Assembly (NCBI GenBank): GCA_038153405.1
Contig: JAYOYH010000006.1
Coordinates: 47,894-111,893, forward strand
DNA length: 64,000 nt
Direction: 5' to 3'
From: Gemmatimonadota bacterium
Lineage (GTDB): Bacteria; Latescibacterota; UBA2968; UBA8231
The notes under the pieces are model-generated. The model was not told the DNA's origin. It searched no databases and worked only from the letters and a program-made list of their open reading frames with translations. Within the stretch, counting starts at the first letter, position 1. The number at the start of each line of letters is the position of its first letter. Of the stretch, positions 38,445-47,562 are shown piece after piece. The position numbers and the translations under genes are program-made.

Positions 38445-41400
38445 ATGCAGCGCAAGATGATTGCGGTAGACGGCAATGAGGCCGCGGCCTATGTCGCACA
38501 TAAGGCGAGTGAAGTGATCGCCATTTATCCGATAACTCCCTCTTCGCCTATGGGGGAACTGGCCGATGCGTGGTCGTCGTCTGGCCGGACCAATATCTGG
38601 GGGCAGGTGCCAACAGTCATCGAGATGCAAAGCGAGGGCGGCGCCGCCGGTGCGCTGCACGGTGCGCTGCAGGCCGGCGCGCTGGCGACGACCTTTACCG
38701 CCTCACAGGGTCTGCTGCTGATGATTCCCAATATGTATAAGATCGCCGGTGAATTGACGCCCTTTGCCATGCACGTGGCCGCTCGTTCGTTGGCTGCGCA
38801 GGGCTTGTCGATTTTCTGCGATCACAGCGATGTCATGGCGGTGCGCCAGACGGGGTTTGCTATGCTCGCTTCGTCCTCGGTCCAGGAGGCTATGGACATG
38901 GCGCTCATCGCCCATGCAGCAGCGCTCGAAGCGCGCCTGCCTTTCCTGCATTTTTTTGACGGCTTTCGCACCTCGCACGAGGTGGCTAAGATCGAGGCGC
39001 TGTCCGATGAGGATATACGCGCGCTGATCGATGACGAGTGGGTGCGCGCACATCGCGCGCGCGCGCTGAGTCCCGACCATCCAATGATGCACGGCACGGC
39101 GCAAAACCCGGATATCTACTTTCAGGGACGCGAAACGGTCAACCCGTTTTACGAACGGGTGCCGGCTGTCGTCCAACGCCTCCTCGATCGGTTGGGCCAG
39201 CGCGTCGGCCGTCGTTACCGGCTGTTCGAATACGCTGGTGCAGCCGACGCCGAGCGCGTTATTGTGCTGATGGGTTCCGGTTCCGAGGCCGCACTTGAAA
39301 CGGTTGAGGCAATGCGAGCTGCCGGGGAAAAAGTAGGCGTGCTACGCGTACGCCTCTATCGCCCCTTTTCCGCCGAGCACTTTCTGCAGGCCCTCCCCGC
39401 CAGCGTGAAACGCCTCGCCGTGCTCGATCGAACAAAAGAGCCCGGTTCGCTCGGCGAGCCGCTGATGCTCGACGTGCTAGCCGCGGTCGACGTGGGCGAC
39501 CGTGCGCTGCAGGTGTGCGGCGGCCGCTATGGATTGGGATCCAAGGAGTTTACTCCTGCCATGGTCAAAGGGGTGTTCGATGAATTGGCCAAAAGCGCGC
39601 CGCGCAAGCGCTTTACCGTTGGCATCGACGACGATGTGTGCGGCACCAGCATCGAATACGACCCCTCGTTTAGCACGGAGAAAAGATCGGTGATGCGCGC
39701 CGTGTTTTACGGGTTGGGATCAGACGGCACGGTCGGAGCCAACAAGAACTCGATCAAGATCATCGGCGAAGAGACGGATAATTTCGCACAGGGCTACTTT
39801 GAATACGATTCGAAAAAATCAGGGGCGATGACGATTTCGCACCTGCGCTTTGGTCTCGAACCTATCCACTCGACCTACCTAATCGAACGGGCTAATTTTG
39901 TCGCCTGTCATCAGGCCGTATTTCTCGACCGCTTTGACGTGCTGGAAAAGGCCGAAGAAGGGGCGACATTCCTGCTCAATACGGCGGCGCAACGGGACGA
40001 GGTGTGGGACAGCCTGCCCCGTATAGCGCAGGAGCGCATTATTCAGCGCAAGATCAAACTCTATGCCATCGACGCGCACGCGGTGGCCAGCCAGGCGGGT
40101 ATGGGCGGGCGGATAAATACGGTCATGCAGACCTGTTTCTTTGCCCTTGCGGGCGTTTTGCCGCGCGACAGGGCGATTGCTTCGATCAAAGATGCCATCG
40201 GCAAGACATACGGCAAGCGCGGCGAGGAAATCGTCGTGCGCAACTGCGCGGCCGTGGACCGCGCGCTGGAAAATCTGCACTGCATCAAAGTGCCCGCGCA
40301 GGTGACCAGCAAGATCGAATTGGAAAGGATTGTCCCAGACAGCGCGCCCGATTTTGTGCGCGAGGTAACGTCGGTCATGATGGAGCGCCGGGGGGATTCG
40401 TTGCCTGTGAGCCTGATACCGATCGACGGCGCGTTTCCAACGGATACGGCCCGCTGGGAGCGGCGCAATATAGCCCAAGAAATACCGGTATGGGATTCCG
40501 ATACGTGCATTCAGTGCAATAAGTGTGCGCTGGTCTGTCCGCACGGTGCCATCCGCGCCAAGATCGTGGAAGAGAGCGATCTTGTCGGTGCGCCGGCGGG
40601 GTTTATGACGGTGCCCCTGCGCGGTCGCGGTTTCCCCGATGGCGCCCATTACGCTCTGCAGGTAGCGCCTGAGGACTGCACCGGCTGTGCACTGTGCGTA
40701 GAAGTGTGTCCGGCCAAGAATCGGCAGGAATCGCGTCTCAAGGCGATTAATATGCAGGACCAGACCGCGCTGCGCGAAGGCGAGCGGGCCAACTGGACGT
40801 TCTTCCGCGCGCTGCCGGAATACGACCGCCGCAAACTCAAAGTAGGGCAGGTCAAGGAGTCGCAGTTCCTGCAGCCGCTCTTCGAGTTTTCTGGCGCCTG
40901 CTCAGGCTGCGGCGAGACGCCCTACGTCAAGCTGATCAGCCAGCTCTTTGGCGATCGCTCGGTTGTGGCCAATGCCACCGGATGCTCGTCGATTTACGGC
41001 GGCAATCTGCCGACGACGCCGTGGGCCAAAGACGCGGCCGGGCGCGGCACTGCCTGGTCGAATTCGCTCTTTGAAGACAATGCCGAATTTGGGTTGGGCA
41101 TGCGCTTGGCCATCGATAGCCACAAGGCACGGGCCATTGCATTGCTCCACGACGTTGGGGAGTGCATTGGCGCACAGCGGATCGAAGCGCTTATCGGCGC
41201 CGACCAGAGCGACGAGGCGGGCATCTACGCACAGCGACAGCGTGTGGCCGATCTAAAGGCGATGTTGGCCGAGGTGCCGGGTGATTCGGCAAGGCAATTG
41301 ATCGAATTAGCCGACTATTTGGTGAAGAAAGATGTGTGGATTATGGGCGGCGACGGCTGGGCCTACGACATTGGCTTTGGTGGACTCGATCACGTTCTCG

Positions 41401-41978
41401 CATCGGGTGCCGACGTCAATGTTTTAGTAATGGACACGGAAGTATACTCCAATACCGGCGGACAGATGTCCAAGGCGACGCCGCGCGCCGCAGTGGCCAA
41501 ATTTGCCGCCGGCGGCAAGCGCGAGCGCAAAAAAGATTTGGCGCGCTTTGCCATGGGCTACGGCAACGTATACGTCGCCAGCATCGCCATGGGCGCTTCC
41601 GACGCACAGGCCGTACGCGCGATCGTCGAAGCCGAAGCCTATGTCGGTCCCTCGCTGGTCATCGCCTATTCGCACTGCATTGCGCACGGCATCAATATGC
41701 GATTGGGGATGGAGCAGCAGAAGGCCGCCGTCGACTCGGCCTACTGGCCGCTGTTCCGCTACCATCCGGCGCGGGGGTTTTCTCTGGACTCGAAAGAAGC
41801 GAAGATTCCATTCAAGGAGTATGCAATGAAAGAGGCGCGCTATGCCATGCTGGCGCGCGGCAAACCACAGGAGGCCGAGCAGCAGCTGCGCCGGGCCCAG
41901 CAGGACGTCGATGAGCGCTGGGCGTACTACAGTCAGTTGGTCGAGTCCAATGACTTGGGGCAGCAGGCGGCAGGTTGA
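38445..41978 (+). CDS. nifJ: Pyruvate:ferredoxin (flavodoxin) oxidoreductase, fused NifJ type
   Basis: IYPITP, QSEGGAAG, GLGSDGTVG, two CxxCxxCxxxCP, GACSGCGE, ATGCSS, GGDGWAYDIG. Confidence 0.98.
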   Translation: MQRKMIAVDGNEAAAYVAHKASEVIAIYPITPSSPMGELADAWSSSGRTNIWGQVPTVIEMQSEGGAAGALHGALQAGALATTFTASQGLLLMIPNMYKIAGELTPFAMHVAARSLAAQGLSIFCDHSDVMAVRQTGFAMLASSSVQEAMDMALIAHAAALEARLPFLHFFDGFRTSHEVAKIEALSDEDIRALIDDEWVRAHRARALSPDHPMMHGTAQNPDIYFQGRETVNPFYERVPAVVQRLLDRLGQRVGRRYRLFEYAGAADAERVIVLMGSGSEAALETVEAMRAAGEKVGVLRVRLYRPFSAEHFLQALPASVKRLAVLDRTKEPGSLGEPLMLDVLAAVDVGDRALQVCGGRYGLGSKEFTPAMVKGVFDELAKSAPRKRFTVGIDDDVCGTSIEYDPSFSTEKRSVMRAVFYGLGSDGTVGANKNSIKIIGEETDNFAQGYFEYDSKKSGAMTISHLRFGLEPIHSTYLIERANFVACHQAVFLDRFDVLEKAEEGATFLLNTAAQRDEVWDSLPRIAQERIIQRKIKLYAIDAHAVASQAGMGGRINTVMQTCFFALAGVLPRDRAIASIKDAIGKTYGKRGEEIVVRNCAAVDRALENLHCIKVPAQVTSKIELERIVPDSAPDFVREVTSVMMERRGDSLPVSLIPIDGAFPTDTARWERRNIAQEIPVWDSDTCIQCNKCALVCPHGAIRAKIVEESDLVGAPAGFMTVPLRGRGFPDGAHYALQVAPEDCTGCALCVEVCPAKNRQESRLKAINMQDQTALREGERANWTFFRALPEYDRRKLKVGQVKESQFLQPLFEFSGACSGCGETPYVKLISQLFGDRSVVANATGCSSIYGGNLPTTPWAKDAAGRGTAWSNSLFEDNAEFGLGMRLAIDSHKARAIALLHDVGECIGAQRIEALIGADQSDEAGIYAQRQRVADLKAMLAEVPGDSARQLIELADYLVKKDVWIMGGDGWAYDIGFGGLDHVLASGADVNVLVMDTEVYSNTGGQMSKATPRAAVAKFAAGGKRERKKDLARFAMGYGNVYVASIAMGASDAQAVRAIVEAEAYVGPSLVIAYSHCIAHGINMRLGMEQQKAAVDSAYWPLFRYHPARGFSLDSKEAKIPFKEYAMKEARYAMLARGKPQEAEQQLRRAQQDVDERWAYYSQLVESNDLGQQAAG

Positions 41979-41988
41979 GGAGGCGATA

Positions 41989-42978
41989 ATGGACCTGAGA
42001 GCGAATTACATGGGCTTAGAGTTGAAAAATCCGCTGGTAGTGTCGGCTTGTCCGCTATCGCGCGACGTGGACAATGTGCGGCGGATGGAAGATGCCGGTG
42101 CCGCAGCCGTGGTGATGTTCTCTCTATTTGAAGAGGAGATTCGCCACGAGATGCTGGAACTGGATCACTTTCTCGACTACGGCACGCACAGTTTTGCCGA
42201 AGCGCTGGACTACTTTCCCGAGCACGAGCAGTACGACGTTGGTCCACACGCTTATTTGGAGCACGTGCGGGCGCTGCGCGCTGCAGTAGACATTCCCATC
42301 ATAGGCAGTCTGAACGGCGTGGCAGTTGGAGGCTGGGTAGAATATGCGCGCTTAATAGAGGACGCCGGGGCCGATGCGCTGGAATTAAATATCTACCACA
42401 TTCCTACCGAAATTGAACAGTGCGGTGAAGACATCGAACAACTGCATCTGGATATACTGCGCTCCGTTAAAGATTGCCTAAATATTCCCATCGCGGTGAA
42501 GCTGAGTCCATTTTTTAGCTCGATGGCCCATATGGCACGCCAGTTCGACTGGGCCGGGGCCGATGCGCTCGTTCTGTTCAACCGCTTTTACCAGCCCGAT
42601 ATCGACCTCGATTCGCTCGAAGTCGTGCCGAGCGTCAAACTCAGCACCTCGCATTCGATGCGTCTGCCGCTGCGTTGGATTGCTATTTTGAGCGGTCGCG
42701 TGCGCTGCGACTTGGCTGCTAGCAGCGGCATTCACTCGGCGCGCGATGTGCTCAAAATGGTGATGGCTGGCGCCGACGTGGCGATGATGGCTTCGGCACT
42801 ATTGCGCAATGGTATCGATCATATCGCCCACGTATTGGGCGATATGAGGACGTGGATGGAGGAAAGGGAGTACGCATCGCTGGGCCAGATACGGGGTAGT
42901 ATGAGCCACGCCAAATACGCCGACCCAACGGCATTTGAACGGGCCAATTACATCAAGGCGCTCAACACCTACGCGTGA
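41989..42978 (+). CDS. Dihydroorotate dehydrogenase-like flavoprotein
   Basis: GAGGAGG SD; LKNPLVV, IIGSLNG, GADALELN, PIAVKLSP, LFNRFYQPD, SGIH. Confidence 0.9.
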   Translation: MDLRANYMGLELKNPLVVSACPLSRDVDNVRRMEDAGAAAVVMFSLFEEEIRHEMLELDHFLDYGTHSFAEALDYFPEHEQYDVGPHAYLEHVRALRAAVDIPIIGSLNGVAVGGWVEYARLIEDAGADALELNIYHIPTEIEQCGEDIEQLHLDILRSVKDCLNIPIAVKLSPFFSSMAHMARQFDWAGADALVLFNRFYQPDIDLDSLEVVPSVKLSTSHSMRLPLRWIAILSGRVRCDLAASSGIHSARDVLKMVMAGADVAMMASALLRNGIDHIAHVLGDMRTWMEEREYASLGQIRGSMSHAKYADPTAFERANYIKALNTYA

Positions 42979-43027
42979 GCGCGGCTGCAGTCTGCAGGGC
43001 ATAGCGTGGCCAGCCTCGTGCCGTGTG

Positions 43028-43498
43028 CTATACCCTCGCCCGGCGCGTGTTGTCCACCAGCTGTTGGCGCGTAGCCTCTAGGCGCTGGGTGGTGATCTGC
43101 ACCAGGCGGCGCAGCAGTTCATAGCCCATGTCTGGATGGGCATCGCACAGGGCGCGCAGCGCTTCGGCTTCTAGTGCAACGGTCCGCGTGTCTTCCACGG
43201 CGCGGGCGTCAAAGCGCCATCGGTAGGGTGGGACCATCCACGACCAGCCGAGAATCTCATCGGGGTCAACGGCCTGAACTGGAATGCCTCCGGTCTCTAG
43301 TGCGACGCGCCCGTGAAAAATCAAAAAGAAATGCTCGGCCCGCTCACCCTGGCGCCCCAAATAGGCGTCGCCGGCATAGACTTTGTCTTCTGCGCATGAG
43401 GCTAGTAAGTGTAAATGAGCCTTGTCCATGCCGCGGAAAAAATGGTGTTCCCCTATGGCATTGGTGAATTGCTGTACTCGATCGCTATTCATGTCCAT
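43028..43498 (-). CDS. Stand-alone cyclic-nucleotide-binding domain protein (no HTH)
   Basis: QGERAEHFFLIFHGRV, EILGWSWMVPPYRWRFDARA. Confidence 0.88.
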   Translation of the reverse strand: MDMNSDRVQQFTNAIGEHHFFRGMDKAHLHLLASCAEDKVYAGDAYLGRQGERAEHFFLIFHGRVALETGGIPVQAVDPDEILGWSWMVPPYRWRFDARAVEDTRTVALEAEALRALCDAHPDMGYELLRRLVQITTQRLEATRQQLVDNTRRARV

Positions 43499-43567
43499 TC
43501 CTCTCTTCCTCAGTGAGCTATACGGGCAAAGCGCTTGTGTCCGTGGAGATCGCAGCAGGTGTTTTTC

Positions 43568-43616
43568 AGAGACGTGGCAGTCCCAAAGAAAAGCCTATCG
43601 AGACCTAGCAGTCCCA
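43568..43616. promoter_or_regulatory. Pair of 18-bp palindrome-like sites, putative sigma54 enhancer
   Basis: AGAGACG-TGGC-AGTCCCA (43568-43585) and CGAGACC-TAGC-AGTCCCA (43599-43616), 31 bp apart. Confidence 0.6.
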
Positions 43617-43667
43617 AGGATAGCGCGGAAATACGCATAACCGACCTCTATGGCATGGGTAGGGCTA

Positions 43668-43683
43668 TGGCACAGTTTTTGCC
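43668..43683 (+). promoter_or_regulatory. Sigma54 promoter of the thioredoxin gene
   Basis: TGGCACAGTTTTTGCC, matching TGGCAC-N5-TTGC. Confidence 0.78.
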
Positions 43684-43718
43684 GACTTCTCGTTGAATAT
43701 AGAGGGGAGGTTAGGGCT

Positions 43719-44054
43719 ATGACAGGGTTGATCGAAGAATTGTGCAGAGTAGATGATGTGATGGAGAAGGACGCAGAGGTGGAAGGGAGAGGGGTTTGCC
43801 TGATCGATTTTTGCGCCTCTTGGTGCGACGTCTGTCAGGTGACGTGGACGTTGAGCGAAGCGCTTGCTGATCATTACGGTCGGCATCTGACGCTGTGCCA
43901 CGTCGATGTCGACGACCACCCCGAACTAGCGGCGCGCTATCGGGTGCATACCGTGCCGACGCTCATACTGCTGAAAGACGGCGAGATGGTAGAACACTTT
44001 GCCGGCGTTACGACGAGGGAGCGCATCTGCGCGGCGGTCGAGCGGGCGATGTAG
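43719..44054 (+). CDS. Thioredoxin-family protein (WCDVC)
   Basis: GGAGG SD; IDFCASWCDVC, VDVDDHPELAARY.V..VPTL. Confidence 0.85.
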   Translation: MTGLIEELCRVDDVMEKDAEVEGRGVCLIDFCASWCDVCQVTWTLSEALADHYGRHLTLCHVDVDDHPELAARYRVHTVPTLILLKDGEMVEHFAGVTTRERICAAVERAM

Positions 44055-44094
44055 GGAGGGGGGAGCACTAGAGGCGTATGGAGGGGGATGTGCC

Positions 44095-45708
44095 TTAGGG
44101 CGCACCCCCCTTGCTCGTAGAGAGCGCATTTTTGACCTGGTCGAGTAGGTCGGTGACGGCCAATGGCTTTTGCAAGACCGGTATTTGTGCCGATCGCACC
44201 TGTGCCCAATCGGTTTTTTCATCCATGTAGCCGGTCACCAGTAGCATGGGCAGGTCGGCGTGTTCGCGCCGCAGTTCCAGCAGCCATTCGGATCCGCGCC
44301 CATCGGGTAGAAATACGTCGCTCAGCAGCAGGTCAAAGCGCCCGTCTTCGCGGCGGAACAGCGCGCGTGCGTCGCGCAGCGTCGCGCAGGCAAAGACTTC
44401 GTAGCCCTGGTCGCGCAGCACGCGCAGGGAGCGATCGCGCAGGTCGGGTTCGTCTTCCAACAGCAGCACGCGCTCTCCACGCGCGCGTGCGCGCGCGTGG
44501 AGAATAGGCGCCAACTCGCGCTGTCGGGCATCGGTAGCTTCGCCGTGAACGGGAAAGTAGAGCGAGAATGTGCTGCCCTGTCCCGCTTCGCTAACCAACT
44601 CGATCCACCCCTCGTGTGCTTCGATAATGCCGTAGACGACCGACAGACCGAGTCCCGTTCCCTTGTCGACGTCTTTGGTGGTAAAGAAGGGTTCGAAAAT
44701 GCGTTGGCGCACAGACTCGTCCATGCCCGAACCGGTATCGCAGATCTGCAGACGCACAAAGCGCCCAGGGCGGGCCTGCGAGTGGTGGCGACAGTGCTCC
44801 GCATCAATTTCCACATTGGCGGTAATCAGACGCAGCGAACCGCCTTCGGGCATGGCATCGCGGCTGTTTATGGATAGGTTGAGGATGACCTGGTCGATAT
44901 TGCCGGGGTCGGCATTAATCGTCCACAGGTTGTCACCCAGGTCCATCTGTATGGTAATGTGCTCGCCGAGCAGGCGGTCGAGCATCTTCTGCAGCTCATT
45001 TACCTGGCCGTTTAAATTTAAGATCTGGCGTTCGATTTGCTGGCGGCGACTAAAGAGCAGCAGCTGGCGCGTAAGGTTGGCTGCGCGCAGCACGACCTTG
45101 CGAATTTTGAGCAGATCCTCGCGCAGATTCTCCTCTTCGTGCGCGGCCAGCATCATATCCACGTCGAATAGCATAATGCCGAGCTGGTTGTTGAAATCGT
45201 GGGCGATGCCGCCGGCCAGTTGGCCGACCGACTCCATTTTTTGCGACTGGACGAGCTGGGCCTCCAGCTGCTTGCGCTCGGTGATGTCGCGGACGATACC
45301 AGTAAACATGCGCCGCTTGCCCAGTTGGAACTGACTGACGGCCAAGTCGAGCGGAAACGTAGTGCCGTCCTTGCGTTTTCCCGTGACCTCGCGGCCTATG
45401 CCGATGATCTTTGCATGTCCGGTGTTCAAATAGTTCGCTATGTAGCGGTCGTGTTCGTCGGTGTAGGGGGATGGCATGAGGATCGATACGTTGCTGCCGA
45501 TCACCTCGTTTGCGGCATAGCCAAAGATCGTCTCTGCGGCGCGATTAAACGACTCTATACGGCCGTGCTCGTCGATGGTTATGATGCCGTCGACGACGTT
45601 TTCCAGCGCCGATTGGTAGCGCCGTGCGTCCTCGCACTGCTGCAGTTGCAGGCGCAGTCCCCGTAGCTCTTCGATGAGCTGCTTTTTGTTCTTTCTTTCG
45701 TCTTGCAT
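44095..45708 (-). CDS. Soluble hybrid histidine kinase with FixL-type PAS domain (PAS-HisKA-HATPase-REC)
   Basis: NVSILMP.PY..EHDRYI..Y..TG..KIIGIGREV.GKRKDGTTFP; GGIAHDFNN; PFFTTK..GTGLGL; LLSDVFLP receiver. Confidence 0.92.
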   Translation of the reverse strand: MQDERKNKKQLIEELRGLRLQLQQCEDARRYQSALENVVDGIITIDEHGRIESFNRAAETIFGYAANEVIGSNVSILMPSPYTDEHDRYIANYLNTGHAKIIGIGREVTGKRKDGTTFPLDLAVSQFQLGKRRMFTGIVRDITERKQLEAQLVQSQKMESVGQLAGGIAHDFNNQLGIMLFDVDMMLAAHEEENLREDLLKIRKVVLRAANLTRQLLLFSRRQQIERQILNLNGQVNELQKMLDRLLGEHITIQMDLGDNLWTINADPGNIDQVILNLSINSRDAMPEGGSLRLITANVEIDAEHCRHHSQARPGRFVRLQICDTGSGMDESVRQRIFEPFFTTKDVDKGTGLGLSVVYGIIEAHEGWIELVSEAGQGSTFSLYFPVHGEATDARQRELAPILHARARARGERVLLLEDEPDLRDRSLRVLRDQGYEVFACATLRDARALFRREDGRFDLLLSDVFLPDGRGSEWLLELRREHADLPMLLVTGYMDEKTDWAQVRSAQIPVLQKPLAVTDLLDQVKNALSTSKGGAP

Positions 45709-45725
45709 AATCGTTTTTAAGAAAC

Positions 45726-46811
45726 CTATTGCAGGCGCAGACGCGCCCAGCGGGTATGGGTTATGCCCGAGACGGTGCACCAGTACCAGGCCAGTATATC
45801 GCCGTCTGCTAGCTGAATTCCGCCGGGTTTGCCAAAGGCGATAAGCAGGTGCTCGGCGAGGAAATTTTCGCTCTGGGCCTCGCCTAGAGTGGCTTCGCTA
45901 CCGGCGTCGAATACGGCGAGTACATCGGTAAAGTGCTGCAGATCTTCGCTGATGGCTAGGCGCACGCCCTGCGGATGATGGCGATGGTTATACAGGGCGG
46001 CCACGCGTCCGTCGCCTAGGGCGATGGGGCAGCAGACCTGTCCCTGCAGATTGGTCGCACGCGGCGGCGACCAAGTGCGTCCCGCGTCTTCGGAAACGAC
46101 GTAGTGATTGGGCGCGTCAGTGCTCGTGCCATAGCGATGCGTCCACAGCAGGGTGTAGATGCGCCCGTCGGCCAGCTGTGCGCACATTTGGTCCCAGTAG
46201 CACAGGCGCCCAGAGCGGTCGTCGGCGACGATCGACCACTCGTTCCAGGTGCGGCCCTTATCTGCGGAAAAGAGCGCGCCGGCCTTCTGGTCGGGTGGTC
46301 CGCTATAGCCTTCCGGCTTCCACGTTTCAAACGGGTACATCCATCGTCCGTCGGCCAGTTGCAGCAGCGTGCCCGCCCCGTTGGCAGTGTATTGGTCGGC
46401 GGGTAAATCGACCGGCACCACGCTTGGCTGGGACCAACTGCGGCCGTTGTCGTCGGAAAAGTAGAGCAACATCTGCGGCCGCTGCAGCGCCTCGGATTCC
46501 GGATCGAATAGGTCGGTTTCGCCGCACTCAAAGCGCGTCGCCGTCATCAGTAGACGCCCGTCGGGCAGGGCATGTATCTGCGGCATGCGATAGGAAAAAG
46601 CCGCGTCGTCGCAGGCGATGGGACCCTCGTTATGCCATTGTCGTCCGTCGGTCGAGCGTAGAATCTCGATGCGACAATCGTTGGCGCCCAGTGCCGTGCC
46701 CACGTGCTGGCTGGCGATGAAAGAGCCGTCGGGCAGCGGGGTAATCCACGGCATATAGGCCCCGCGTCCGGGCGCGCGGTCGAGGATGCCTTCTTCTGCG
46801 ATGTGCACCAT
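45726..46811 (-). CDS. Sialidase-family (BNR/Asp-box) protein
   Basis: STDGRQW, SDDNGRSW, SADKGRTW and SEDAGRTW Asp-boxes. Confidence 0.85.
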   Translation of the reverse strand: MVHIAEEGILDRAPGRGAYMPWITPLPDGSFIASQHVGTALGANDCRIEILRSTDGRQWHNEGPIACDDAAFSYRMPQIHALPDGRLLMTATRFECGETDLFDPESEALQRPQMLLYFSDDNGRSWSQPSVVPVDLPADQYTANGAGTLLQLADGRWMYPFETWKPEGYSGPPDQKAGALFSADKGRTWNEWSIVADDRSGRLCYWDQMCAQLADGRIYTLLWTHRYGTSTDAPNHYVVSEDAGRTWSPPRATNLQGQVCCPIALGDGRVAALYNHRHHPQGVRLAISEDLQHFTDVLAVFDAGSEATLGEAQSENFLAEHLLIAFGKPGGIQLADGDILAWYWCTVSGITHTRWARLRLQ

Positions 46812-46818
46812 AATGCGG

Positions 46819-47430
46819 CTAGTCCAACAAGCGCGCATCGCGCGCTTCGAGGTGTCCGCGTGCACGGGCGAAAAAGGCGTCGAGGACCTCTTCGGGGGCC
46901 AAGTTGGAAGTGTCGATAGACACTTTGCGCTTGATCCACGATTGGCGACACTGCTGGGCGAATGCATCCAGTAAATGCGGAATGTGGTCGCGGTGGATCA
47001 GCGTGTGGGGGTGAGGCGTACGCTGCATGCGCTCGGCAATCACTTCAGGGTGCGCGTGCATGTGCACGAGGATGGCGTCGTCTGGCATTTCGCTCTCGTA
47101 GCGCCGCGTATCGCTGACCTGCAAGCCCGGGTAGTAGTAGCGCGGACCATAGACTTCTTCTTCTATATGGAAGCCGCCCAGTAGAATGTTCTCGTAGAGG
47201 TTGATGAGCCGCACGTGGTAAACGATCTGAAAGCGCTGGAAGCGCTCCTTAAGCGCCGGCAGCATGTCGAGCATGGCGCGCTGTTCCTCCTCTGAGAGGT
47301 GATAGGCGTCGGGAATGGTGAAGTGGTCGTCCATGTGATAGTGGACGTGTCGCTGTGCCCCCCACGCATAGAGCCCGTTCAGCAGCGTGCTGACGCCGCT
47401 GTACTCGCAGCCGACGGCGATGATGCGCAT
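46819..47430 (-). CDS. Hypothetical protein, NMP-kinase-like P-loop fold
   Basis: AGAGGAG SD; MRIIAVGCEYSGVSTL; LVHMHAHPEVIAERM; IDTS. Confidence 0.65.
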   Translation of the reverse strand: MRIIAVGCEYSGVSTLLNGLYAWGAQRHVHYHMDDHFTIPDAYHLSEEEQRAMLDMLPALKERFQRFQIVYHVRLINLYENILLGGFHIEEEVYGPRYYYPGLQVSDTRRYESEMPDDAILVHMHAHPEVIAERMQRTPHPHTLIHRDHIPHLLDAFAQQCRQSWIKRKVSIDTSNLAPEEVLDAFFARARGHLEARDARLLD

Positions 47431-47562
47431 GGCGTATCTCCTCTGACCAGTGTGACAGACAAGGAAAACGTGGCGGAAAATAGCTGGTGCGTCAACGCCT
47501 ATCGCCGGTGGGCGGGGAAAAAACTGTGGATAATGGCCTCGATGGACCGATAAATAGGCCAT

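Noticed and set aside
41989..42978. Bona fide pyrD
   Set aside because: Catalytic SCPN loop absent and no pyr genes nearby
43028..43498. Crp/Fnr transcription factor
   Set aside because: No C-terminal HTH; I also found no convincing TTGAT-N4-ATCAA box at the candidate promoters
43651..43666. Second sigma54 promoter TGGCATGGGTAGGGCT
   Set aside because: GG-N10-GC spacing but no TTGC; a better site lies 17 bp downstream
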